Assembly (NCBI GenBank): GCA_950097015.1
Contig: CATNEN010000001.1
Span: 11,470,001 to 11,534,000, forward strand
From: Macrostomum hystrix
Lineage: Eukaryota; Animalia; Platyhelminthes
Length of the DNA: 64,000 nucleotides
Direction of reading: 5' to 3'
Under the pieces are notes generated by a model. It had not been told where the DNA came from, ran no database searches, and saw only the letters and a program-made list of their open reading frames with translations. The translations under genes and the position numbers were made by a program. Shown here piece after piece: positions 26,800-39,900 of this stretch; positions within the stretch are counted from its first letter, which is position 1; each line of letters starts with the position of its first letter.

Positions 26800-28835
26800 A
26801 TTATAATAGATTTTCCAATCGATATTATAATCGATAATCTAATCGATATTCTACTCGATATTCTACTCAGTACTCGATATTCTACTCGATATTATAATCT
26901 ATATTCTACTCGATATTCTAATCGATATTCTACTCGATATTCTAATCGATATTCTAATCGATATTCTACTCGATATTCTAATCGATATTCTACTCGATAT
27001 TCTACTCGATATTCTACTCGATATTCTAATCGATATTCTACTCGATATTCTAATCGATATTCTACTCGATATTCTACTCGATATTCTAATCGATATTCTA
27101 ATCGATATTCTACTCGATATTCTAATCGATATTCTTATCGATATTCTAATCGATATTCTACTCGATATTCTACTCGATATTCTAATCGATATTCTAATCG
27201 ATATTCTACTCGATATTCTAATCGATATTCTACTCGATATTCTAATCGATATTCTAATCGATATTCTACTCGATATTCTAATCGATATTCTTATCGATAT
27301 TCTAATCGATATTCTACTCGATATTCTAATCGATATTCTTATCGATATTCTAATCTATATTCTACTCGATATTCTACTCGATATTCTAATCGATATTCTA
27401 CTCGATATTCTACTCGATATTCTACTCGATATTCTAATCGATATTCTACTCGATATTCTAATCGATATTCTACTCGATATTCTACTCGATATTCTAATCG
27501 ATATTCTAATCGATATTCTAATCGATATTCTTATCGATATTCTAATCGATATTCTACTCGATATTCTAATCGATATTCTAATCGATATTCTACTCGATAT
27601 TCTAATCGATATTCTACTCGATATTCTAATCGATATTCTAATCGATATTCTACTCGATATTCTAATCGATATTCTTATCGATATTCTAATCGATATTCTA
27701 CTCGATATTCTAATCGATATTCTTATCGATATTCTAATCTATATTCTACTCGATATTCTACTCGATATTCTAATCGATATTCTTATCGATATTCTTATCG
27801 ATATTCTAATCGATATTCTACTCGATATTCTACTCGATATTCTAATCGATATTCTTATCGATACTCTACTCGATATTCTACTCGATATTCTAATCGATAT
27901 TCTTATCGATATTCTAATCGATATTCTACTCGATATTCTACTCGATATTCTAATCGATATTCTAATCTATATTCTACTCGATATTCTACTCGATATTATA
28001 ATTTATATTCTACTAATCTAATCTAATCGATATTCTACTCGATATTCTAATCGATATTCTTATCGATATTCTAATCTATATTCTACTCGATATTCTACTC
28101 GATATTCTAATCGATATTCTTATCGATATTCTAATCGATATTCTACTCGATATTCTAATCGATATTCTACTCGATATTCTAATCGATATTCTACTCGATA
28201 TTCTAATCGATATTCTAATCGATATTCTACTCGATATTCTAATCGATATTCTTATCGATATTCTAATCGATATTCTACTCGATATTCTAATCGATATTCT
28301 AATCGATATTCTACTCGATATTCTAATCGATATTCTAATCGATATTCTACTCGATATTCTAATCGATATTCTAATCGATATTCTACTCGATATTCTAATC
28401 GATATTCTACTCGATATTATAATCGATATTCTACTAATCTAATCTAATCGATATTCTACTCGATATTATAATCGATATTCTACTAATCTAATCTAATCGA
28501 TATTCTACTCGATATTATAATCGATATTCTACTAATCTAATCTAATCGAAAATGTAATCGATAATCTAATGGATGATCTAATCGATAATCTAATACACAT
28601 TCTAATCGATGATCTAATTGATAATATAATCGATGATCTAATCGATGATCTAATCGATAATCGAATACACATTCTAATCGATGATCTAATCGATAATCGA
28701 ATACACATTCTAATCGATGATCTAATCGATAATCTAATACACATTCTAATCGATGATCTAATCGATGATCTAATCGATAATCGAATACACATTCTAATCG
28801 ATGATCTAAGCGTTATCTCGATTGATATTCTAATC
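26800..28835. repeat. 12-bp repeat TCT(AC/AA/TA)TCGATAT with degenerate 12-bp flanks
   Basis: Tandem periodicity; the RYST/RYSN ORF is a by-product. Confidence 0.96.
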
Positions 28836-29599
28836 AAGTTATCGTATCAGAAACAGTTTTCTAAGTTCCCACGGGTCAGTTGCATTTGAGGTGGGGGTCG
28901 ATTAGCTGCGGCAAAAAAAGTTACCTAAAAATTCATGAAACAGAAAAGCCATAGCAAAAACAGGCCATTACAGGTTTTCGTGGGTAGCTCGTTTAGTTAA
29001 ACCCCGTCAGACACCGCCTCGGCAGACTTGCACACACGGGTCTCCAGTCGAGAGTTGCTTTTGCCGAAATGAAATATTCAGAGAAACAACAGCCACGCGG
29101 AGAGACAGGTGAGTAGGGTAAGAACTGTGGCTCTGTGCCGTCTCCATTCGGCTCTAGCCATTTGCTAAGCAAAGCCCCAGTGTACAGCAAATATTTCGCT
29201 TCTTATATAGTTAGTTAATCAGGACACATTGCCGGTTCGGCAGAGAAAAAGGCAAGGCTTGAAAGAAACATTCTGCTTCTGTTGACTACATTGGACACAG
29301 GAATTATACGCGTGACTTTCAGTAACAAAAATGCATTGCTTATTGAATCTGTTCTGCGACATCCAATTAACAAGGAGCACATAAACTTTAGCAGCGGAGC
29401 ATTGTTGGATCGTTGGATCTTTCTAAGAAACTGCCACCATGCTCAAATCGGATACGGACAGCTACAATTATTCCACCATCGATGAGTCAGTGGCCAGCAC
29501 TGAGTCCACCCTGCGCTACTGCCTGTGGAAGAAGGTAAAATAAGAGGATGAGAGAAAGAAGGACAGCCTGGGGAGGCAAGGGCAAATCCCAAAATCCAG

Positions 29600-30030
29600 C
29601 GTGACGATTCTCCCACATCCATTGCAACGACTCCCCAAATGATTTGAGACGATTCTTCGAATCCGTTGGAACGATTCCCTGAAACCATTGAGATGATTCC
29701 CTAAATCCATGTTGACGATTCCCCGAATGCGTTGGGACGATTCTACGAATCCGTTGGGACGACTCTACTAATCCGTTGGGACGACTCTACTAATCCGTTG
29801 GGACGATTCCCTAAATCCATGTTGACGATTCTACGAATCCGTTGGGACGATTCTGGGAATCCGTTGGGTCGATTCTACGAATCCGTTGAGACGATTCTCC
29901 ATTTTCCTGGTGACGATTTCCCGAATCTGTTAGGACGATTCTCCGAATCCGTTAGGACCATGCTCCGAATCAATTGGGACAATTCCTAAAATCAATTGGG
30001 ACGATTCCTAAAATCAATTGGGACGATTGG
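29600..30030. repeat. Degenerate 22-bp repeat GACGATTCTACGAATCCGTTGG
   Basis: Tandem periodicity. Confidence 0.85.
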
Positions 30031-30839
30031 GTGCATCTACCCTGAAGTCGTGCAGAAAAGTTTCTTAGTCCTGTAAATTATCTTCAAGGATTATAAAACG
30101 TATTTCCTCGCTTTAAAACTACAAAAAATGCTTTCAGATAGAATCAGTTTTTCTTAACAGATTTCTAACAAACAGCTGACTTCCTGTCTATCTAGCGGCC
30201 CAATTGTCACGCATTTTATCAGCTAAGATGACAGTATTGTAATCCCCATCATTAGCAAAACAGTATTTTCTGTTTTGGGACAAGCGACCAGTTTCTTTCA
30301 CGCATTGAATGGCATTAGCAACTGTTGCAGAATATATTTTTTCAGAACTGATTCTAACGAGTGTTTTGTCTTTTTATGGTTCCAGTAAGTCGACTAGACG
30401 CAATTTACATAAACAATTCATAAAAGCTTAGAATTAAAAGGCTTATTCTTCTGCAGAAACATAAATAAGTCTATTCTTTTTTCACAAAACAGACGTGCTC
30501 ATTGTTAAGAACTCAGTCTATAGAAAGAATAGCATCAAAATAAGCTACGTGGGTTAGAGATACACTGCCAGACTATACAGGCCTGTCTATTGTCGAGTTC
30601 AAGGCACTATAGGTATTTTCAACGAGTATTCTGTGTGCCAGCTTTCTCATGGCAACTAAACTAGAGATGAATGACAATTTAATTGAATCACTAGGACTCA
30701 CAGTTCGCATATCCTAGTCTTGAACGCCTTTATAGTCAAAACTATTCCAATTATGAGATCGCTCATTCTATAAAATCTTAATCAGAAGCAACTTTCTCTT
30801 GCTTAGACTATATACAACTATTTTTCATGTGTTGTTGCG

Positions 30840-33800
30840 ATGGTAAGAGAAAATTTATTACTCAAAATCGTGCGAGTTTTGTTTTCACCAATTTTTATCA
30901 TTCGCTTCCGTTTCTAGGGCACTCAATTCACATACGACATTCCCGATGGTCTGATTGAGGGCGACTGCGTCGAAGTCAAAGGTCGTTTGACTGGCAAGAG
31001 GTGAGCATTTTTAAAGCAAATAACAGTTTTGTCTTTGAAACATATTTTTTGACGACACTATATTTTCAGGCAGCGAGGAGGCAATTCTGCCCATTTCGCT
31101 GACCCCTGAGCACACGCTCACACAGGTGTGTACATCTGCCCTGACTTTCTCATCGTCAGGCAGTGTACACTCTCACTGTGCCTTGGAGGTTGGCCCTCAA
31201 GGGCGTAAATTGCACGACAAGCCCCCAAGCCTTCTCTCCGCGGCTGCGCCCCAAATAAATGTGGCCTCGCCGCGGAATCGAGCTCAGGGACCTTGGTGCG
31301 AGAGGCAGTTGCGTTGACCTCGCCTCTAAAACCCTGACAGATTGACAGATAGACGGACTGGCTGCCTCCAGAAAGTACACTTAAAAAATGGCTTTTTGTT
31401 TAAAGATTAAAATTTTTTTTGCACACATATGCAGACAGATTGCCTTGTAAAACTCAAGCATTCTTGAGTCTGAGCACACCATATTGACTTTAAAAAGTCG
31501 AAAATACAAAAAAAATGTCTAAAGCTAGTTATGTTTGCTTAAAAAATCTCAGTTGAAACCTCAATTGTTGAGGTACATTGTACATTTCTTATGTGACAGA
31601 CGATAAAAAAGCAAAAATTTCAGTTGAAGCAGATTCCGGTGCCAGGTGAATAAGAAATTATTTTTACCAGTTTAATCATTTGGGTTAAAATCCTATTCAA
31701 CAGTCGAAACAAACCATCCTACCTTTAAAATACCAAAAAATATCTAACAGGTGAAAACACTATCCAACAGGTGAAAACACCATCCAACTGGTGAAACACT
31801 ATCCAACATGTGAAAACACTATCCAGCAGGTGAAAACACTGTACAACAGGTGAAAACACTATCCAACAGGTGAAAACACTATCCAACAGGTGAAAACACT
31901 ATCCAGCAGGTAAAAACACTGTACAACAGGTGAAAACACTATCCAACTGCTGAAAACACTATCCAACAGGTGAAACACTATCTAACTGCTGAAAACACTA
32001 TCCAACTGGTGAAACACTATCCAGCAGGTGAAAACACTATCCACCAGGTGAAAACACTATCCAGCAGGTGAAAACACTATCCAACTGGTGAAACACTATC
32101 CAGCAGGTGAAAACACTGTACAACAGGTGAAAACACTATCCAACAGGTGAAACACTATCCAACTGGTGAAACACCATCCAACATGTGAAAACACTATCCA
32201 GCAGGTGAAAACACTATCCAACAGGTGAAAACACTATCCAACAGGTGAAACACTATCCAACTGGTGAAACACTATCCAGCAGGTGAAAACACTATCCAGC
32301 AGGTGAAACACTATCCAACAGGTGAAAATCGATCCAACAGGTGAAAACTAAGGAAAACTAACTAAACTATCTAATTTTGCATCTTCATAAAAATGTTTCT
32401 ACTCAACCAACAGAGTCGTCCTAGAACTCTCCGGCGCGCCAACTCGCTCGGAAATCGCCGACAACTCCGGCCGCAATGTCGAAGAGGAGCATCGGGTTGT
32501 GCCGCTGAGGCTTCGCTTCAACCGGGCCGGCAGGTACAAACTGCACTCGGACCACCTGGGCCGCGAGGCCGACAAACGAGGTCGATTTCGCTGCGACTTT
32601 CAAGCGGACAGTCGCTTCACTGTGCAGATCCGAATCCAGAGCCTGTGCTACGATGTGAGTACACGGAGTATACTATATAAGTTCAGCACGGGACTGTCAA
32701 ACTTACTCAAAGATGACTAGGATAGCATAGTACTGTCAACCTACTCATAAGTAGCAAATTGAGTACTGTAAAGCCTACTCAGAGAAGAGAAGTTGAGCAC
32801 AGTACTATCAAACCTACTCAAAGGCCACAATTTTAGCATGGTATCTTCATAGCTACTCAAGGGCCACAAGTTGAGCAAGTTGAGCATAGCTACTCAAAGG
32901 TGACTAGTTGAGCATGGTACCATCATAGCTACTCAAAGGTGACTAATTGAGCATGGTACCGTCATAGCTACTCAAAGGTGACTAATTGAGCATGGTACCA
33001 TCATAGCTACTCAAAGGTGACTAATTGAGCATGGTACCGTCATAGCTACTCAAAGGTGACTAATTGAGCATGGTACCGTCATAGCTACTCAAAGGTGACT
33101 AATTGAGCACGGTATCGTCATAGCTACTCAAAGGCCACAAGTTTAGCACGGTATCGTTATAGCTACTCAAAAGTCATAAGTTGAGCACGGTACCTTCCTA
33201 GCTACCCATACTTCACAAGTTGAGCACGGTACCGTCATAGCTACTCAAATGTCATAAGTTGAGCACGGTACCTTCATAGCTACAGATGAGAACTCAATTT
33301 GAGAACCCATTAATAATCCAACCCGGCAGATTCGCATCAATGACAAAGAACTAACCAAACTGGAGCACGGTCAGTATCACAGTGAAATCCAGATGCTGTC
33401 GCTGGATGGAGAAGCTGAGTTCTTAGCCGTTGAATTCATCGACATCGAAGATCTAGCCGAAGAAGCCAACACGGGACTAGCTATCAACATGCCCATTGGT
33501 GAACCCATGGACGATTCTAGCCCGGCTAGCGAACCAGGTGAGACACTTTTTAAGAAAGACTATGGCCACGAGCACACTTCTGAATGTACTTCTCAATCAA
33601 ATCACTTGCATGAATGTAGTATATGTTTATGCATGCCTTAGATTTTAGATTTACTAACAAAATATCGGATTAATAATTTATGGCTTTATCAAAATTATTT
33701 TTCGCCCCTTGACCAAAAATAAGGCACCTAGGATGCAATCACAGATTTGTAAAACAGTGCCTCTACTTGTAGAGCTCAGAGTATCTAAGAAGGTGACACA

Positions 33801-36800
33801 GCAGAGCGCGTCAAAGCCATCAGCAGCATTCGAAGCCAGCGATAATGTGGACGGTCGAATGAAGCAGCAACTGACAAAACGACGTACAGAAGTCGAACCC
33901 GAGAAATCGCCGGATGTCAAGGTCAGAAAGACAAAGACTTCTTCATCTGCAGCTAGGGAGAGAGATTCCGCGGTTGATGCGGTCGTCGAAGCGGCGGCGG
34001 CCGCGCTGGTAGCGACGCAGAAAGCTGAGCGCCATCGGGCTGCAAGAGACGAAGGCGACGCGAGTAGACGCGAGCGACGATTGCGAGACCGCAAGCCGAG
34101 GCTAGCAGACATCCCCATGACTGATGACAAGGTTCCAAAGCCTAGCGACGGAGAGCCGACAAAGTCAAAGCGATCATCGCGTCGATCAAATGCCGCTCCA
34201 GCTGACAAGACAGCAACTGCGGGAACAAGCTCCCGACGCGACAGATCGGGAATGGATGAAAGTGACGGAACAGCCAAAGCGGCAAGTCCGAAACGGACTA
34301 AAACAAAAACATCTTCGAGGACGTCTTCAAGAGCTTCGAATTCGTCCAATTCAGAGCCTGCCAGCACTTCGAAGCTGGATTCCGTTCAACCTGAGCAGCA
34401 GCTGCGGCAGAAACACAGAACTTCTCAGTCTCCGAGTTCTCAGAAGCGGCGGCAGTCGAACGAGTCTCCTACGATTGACAAGCAGCCACTTCAATCACAG
34501 ACGCCGCAGCAGCAGCAGCAGCAACAACAGCAACAGCAACGATCTGAGAGTCAAAAAGCGGCGAATCTGGAAGTTCAGCGGACGAAGACTTCATCTCGCA
34601 GGAGGACGCAGCAACATCCAGACGATCGGGCTCTGGACGTCAAGGTTGATGTCGATGCTGAAGAAGAATTAGTACGAGCGAGTTCTGTCAGAATGACTGA
34701 AGCTCTTCCGCCAAGGCAGCAAGCTGACAGTCGTTCATCCAGGTCCGATAGGCCAGACGAGAAGAATTTGCCGCAGTCGCCACCTGCTAAGAAAAAATCT
34801 GAATCGTCCAAGACTCATCGAACCGACAACAGCGCGTCCGAGACTGTCGAAGAGGCGCAGGAATTCGAGCAAAGGGTATCAGGATCTCAGAGAGCGGAGG
34901 CGCAGCCGCAGAAGTCAACCGTGAGCTCTTCGTCAAAGACGCCTCGACAACAGAGACTCGGCTCAAGCAAACCTGACACGGATCCTTCACAGGACCCCGG
35001 GCCGCCGTCGGGATCCTACACTGTGGACGATGTCAAACCTCACAAGCTAAAATTGGACTCTTCAAAGTCTTCAAAGCTGACAACAAAGTCCGAAGCGAAT
35101 CAGCTAGCAGACTCCCCGCTCACTGGCTCCTATGCTGTTAAGTCGAGCTCATCAAAGGTCAAGCAACAAAGACCCAATGCTTCTAGCTCCACATCGGAGC
35201 CGCAGCAGGAACCGGATCTGTCCGGCTCGTATGGCTTGCAGCAGAAGCCGAGCCAGCCCAAGCCACCGAAGTCAAGGTTGAGTTCGTCAAAAGCCGACCA
35301 GGAGACAAGTGGTCCACCAGATTTGGCTCTATCAGGCTCGTATAGCATTGCCAAGAATCCGCCGTTGAAAGCTGGAGAGGAGCCGACTCAGCTGTTTGGG
35401 ATCTCCAGCAAACGACGCGGTTCAGCAGGCGACAAAAAGGCGGCAACAAGTGAGTGGTGGCTTTGCCCGCACATTTTTATCATGGACGGCTGTACATCTC
35501 TTGGTGACACTAGACCATTTCGCTGACTCCTGAGCACACACGCACACAGATACCGAACGAGGGCACTCGCTCACACAGGTGTGTACATCCGCCCTGACTT
35601 TCTCATCGTCAGGCAGTGTACACTCTCACTGTGCCTTGGAGGTTGCCCCTAAAGGGCGTAAATTGCTCGACAAGCCCCCAAGCCTTCTCTCCGCGGCTGC
35701 GCACCAGATGGTCTCACCGCGAAATCGAGCTCAGGGTCCTTGGTGCGTTGACCTGCCTGCCGCTCAGGGATTAGTAAGAAAACTTCTCATTTAAAAGTTC
35801 GGTTTTCTCAATACTAACAAAAATACCAAAGCACAAGCATATTATGATTCACATTGCACAGTGTTTGCATGATAAATACACGAGAATAATAAATAAATAC
35901 TTTCCTTTCCTATGAATATTTTTGTGCCAGAAAAAAATAGTGAAATTCAACTTTATGGGCCTTGTGTGGGGTGTTGAGAGGCGAGACGATATCGCGTCGA
36001 TTGTCGCTGCGAAGTAAGATTCATTAGGGATAGCAGGGCCTACCTCCAATTCTGATTGGGTAACAGTACATGAGAGAGATGTACACACCCCTGTCTGTTG
36101 GGGTGCCTGCTTACGTATCCGTGTGCTTGTATACTCAAAACTGCCCTCAGACTGCTCAGAGTTACTTAGTGAGTAGCTATGTACATTATGAGCACAAACT
36201 CTAGCGTATGAATGCGCTGCGCCATTTGTTAAAAAGCTTAAATTAATCGCCTCATTGAACTTTCTCAGTCTCAGTTGCTCGACGTAGTGACAGGCGAGTA
36301 AATAGGCTGAAAATTTACAAGATAAGCCAGGTTGCAGTGTGTGAGAAAAAACAAATTTTAATTTCCAGTGGACGGAGTCTACCGAGTAGTTCCAATCACC
36401 CCAGTGACCCCAGCGCAGCCAGTGCATCGGAAGCAACCCAAGCCAGAAGCGACCATGGCGGATTCACTCTGGACAACTCAACAATTGGACGATGGCAATC
36501 TCATCAGTTTGAGCATAGCTCAGATTGACTCCGCCCACAACCTGGACGGTTCGGAGGCGCCTGACAACAGCGAAAATAGCAGCAACAACAACAACAGCAA
36601 CAACAACAACAACAATGGCGACAGCAGAAAAAGGAACGGCAGCAGCAGCAGCAGCAGCGGTTTGTCTTCTGTAGCCGAGGCGAACAAGAATCTCACAGGC
36701 AAAGACTCTGGTCCATCCGACGGCGCCGACCTCAGTCGTCAGTACATGTACTACGCAGCTGAATTGTCTCCAGCATCGCCAAAAGTTCAGCCAGCGACTG

Positions 36801-36865
36801 CCACTGCTGGCGGCGAGTCACCTGTCGAGCTAGCCAGAGATGCGAGTGCATTTTTGCTTGAGCCT

Positions 36866-36905
<40 letters not shown>

Positions 36906-39900
36906 TCCCAAGGTCAGTCCTGGCAGATGTTCACAGAGTTGATAGCAATAGCAGCTCTCGCAGTGTTGAACAGCGACGCAAACAGCAACCAGTTAGCGAC
37001 AGCTTGGAGAGCATCAACGACACTGCAGGCAGCCATGATGCGAACTACGCATTCAGAAAGTCCGAGTCCCTATCTGAGAACATGTACAGCGACAGCAAGG
37101 TTTACGATACCATCAATGCGGAGGTGAGCAAAACTTTCCTACTGCTTTTTTGCTTGCTGATTTGACAAATTAGTTTTTTTTGGCAAATTTATTTTGTTGA
37201 CCACCTTTTCAAACAGGAAGACTTGTTGATACTCAGTAAAATATTGTATAATATTAACTGCCTCCACGTTGGCTGCAGTCGACTGTCGCCCAATGATGAG
37301 CCAGGATGTACAGCCCATTCGAATAACTTTACTGAATCGTTTTAGCTAAATATTTAGCTAATTACTTCATAAGATTTCTAAAAATCGTGTTCACTAGGAA
37401 AGTTTATTAAGAAACTTTTCTCTTTTGCTGTTTCAAAATAGCATTCGCCAATTACATTTTTTGTAAAGCAATTGCGCGCAATGAGCCATTCTCCGCACAA
37501 TGCACCTTTCGATCATTTTCCAAAGCCCGAAACGCAAAGTGACAGCCTCACGGCGCACTTTGACCAGCCGCAGACTTCAACACCAGCCAGTCAGGAAGCA
37601 GGTTTTATCGACAATGCCGCCACCACCGCCGCCGCAGCAGCAGCATCGGTGGATGACAGCATCCAGCCAGTCCAGGAACATCCAAGACAACTTGACCTGC
37701 CGCGCCAGAAGTCCCAGTCTGCTGATCAGCATCTGTACAATCAGCAGCAGCGTCTGCACCTATTCTGCCGATCGCAAAGCTACAGTCTGGAGCGGGCGCT
37801 GCGCAAATGGCGCGGCAGAGGCGCTTATCCAGAGGCAATGAGCGACGGCATCTATCGGCCATTGACCACAGCCGACGAGTGGCTACCGTCTGAGTCTCCG
37901 CCAGCGACGCCTAAAATGATGCAACAGTCTGTTGCTATGGACGCTACTGTCTATTACGAGGTGTCCAATCTCGATGAGCAGCCTGCGCTGTCACCCAGTT
38001 CGATAGCGCTCCATCGCGCCGCCTCCGGAGCTTCGGCGGCGTCGAGGAGCAAAAGTAAGAGCGCCAATTTATTGGACGGCGTCAGCGACACGGACAGTGT
38101 GTGGCTCGCTGATTTCAGCTTCCGAAACCGGCTAGCACCGGCTCGCTCCAGCTCGTCGACTTCTCAGCGTCTGTCGAACAATGGGACGGCGGCCGGCGCG
38201 GCTACAGAAAGACGGCGTCAATCGCGCCGCGCAGATGAGGACAACTTCATCCTGACGGCCCAGCTGCCCAAGACGCAGCCCTCAGTCAGCGGTGGTGAGG
38301 CTGTGTCAGTCTCCGACCTGCTAGAAACTGCCAGCCTCGCTAGCGACTCGCGGATTTGCGACACCGAGCTGAGCAGCTTTCGCCGATCTGTCCAGGAGGA
38401 CCTCCTGGCGCGCAGGCAGCCGAACAGCGAAGCCGGAGCTTATCTGAAGCTCTACCGGGCCACAGTCGAGTCGGACAATCACTCATCATTCTTTCACGTC
38501 CGTTCAACGCCGTTAGGCAACCAGGAAGCGTGTAATTTTGACAGCGTCGGAGCTGACGTTGCTGAAAAGATTGACGACGACTCGAGCTCAGTGTCATCCT
38601 CCGAGTCCGGCCTATCGACAGATTCTTCCTTGGCAACTGCGCTGCAGGAGATGGATGAGCCCGACGCGGAGGAGGCTGGGGACCAGGATTTTTCGAACGC
38701 TGCAGACGAGGAAGCAAAAAAGCAGTCATCGCGACAGCGGCTGCGTCAGCTTCGGCGTCAGCGGAAGAGCTCTCTGCGACGTAGGAAGCGACTGGCTGCA
38801 GCGGCTGCGACTGCGGTAAAGTCACGGCCACACTTGCAGTCGGAGAGCATGCAGAGAAAATGTTTTAATTGCCACCTGCCTATCGGATTTAATATCCATG
38901 ATTCTATGCAATTGGTTTTATCTCAGACACAGTTTAAGTTAATTTACTCCGGAATTGTATTTGCATGCGTCGAGAATATTATTGCACAATTTTCGTTTTT
39001 AATACCCTAAAATGCATGCGGTGCGACACAGTGTAGTGCATGCAAGTCTTTTTTTCGCGTAAAAGAGACTAAAAGTAACAGACAAATATGCATGATTTTA
39101 TCTAATTGAAAGAATTTTTTTTCTCTAAAATGTTTTCTTTGGAAAAATTCTTACCGACACCATAAATATTCATTTTTCGATTTACAGTCGGAACCAGAAC
39201 CATTTGTGGCTCATTTGCCGGAACCACTGCGCAGCGGTAGAAGAATTATCGTCGGAGGGCAGCTCAACGATGTCAAGGGGCAGTAAGTGGGTTTGGTTAC
39301 TAACACAATCGATCACAAATCACTTCGATCCCAAATCACTCAGATCCCAAATCACTCTGATCCCAAATCTCTCCGATCCCAAATCACTCCAATCCCAAAT
39401 CACTCCGATCCCAAATCACTCCGATCCCAAATCACTCCGATCCCAAATCACTTCGATCCCAAATCACTCCGATCCCAAATCACTTCGATCCCAAATCACT
39501 CCGATCCCAAATCACTTCGATCCCAAATCACTCTGATCCCAAATCACCCGGATCCCAAATCACTCCGACCCCAAATCACTCCGATCCCAAATCACTCCGA
39601 CCCCAAATCACTTCGATCCCAAATCACTCCGATCCCAAATCACTCCGACCCCAAATCACTTCGATCCCAAATCACTCCGATCCCAAATCTCTCCGATCCC
39701 AAATCACTTTGATCCCAAATCACATCGATCCCAAATCACCCGGATCCCAAATCTCTCTGATCCCAAATCATTCCGAAACCAAATCACTTCGATCCCAAAT
39801 CACTCCGATCCCAAATCACTTCGATCCCAAATCACTCCGATCCCAAATCACTCCAATCCCAAATCACTTCGATCCCAAATCACTCCGATCCCAAATCACT

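Noticed and set aside
26737-28026. 429-aa RYST-repeat ORF
   Set aside because: By-product of the 12-bp array; GTG start, and the array continues past the stop.
33678-34367. 229-aa antisense ORF and other overlapping ORFs in GC-rich exons
   Set aside because: Shadow frames of the real plus-strand exons.
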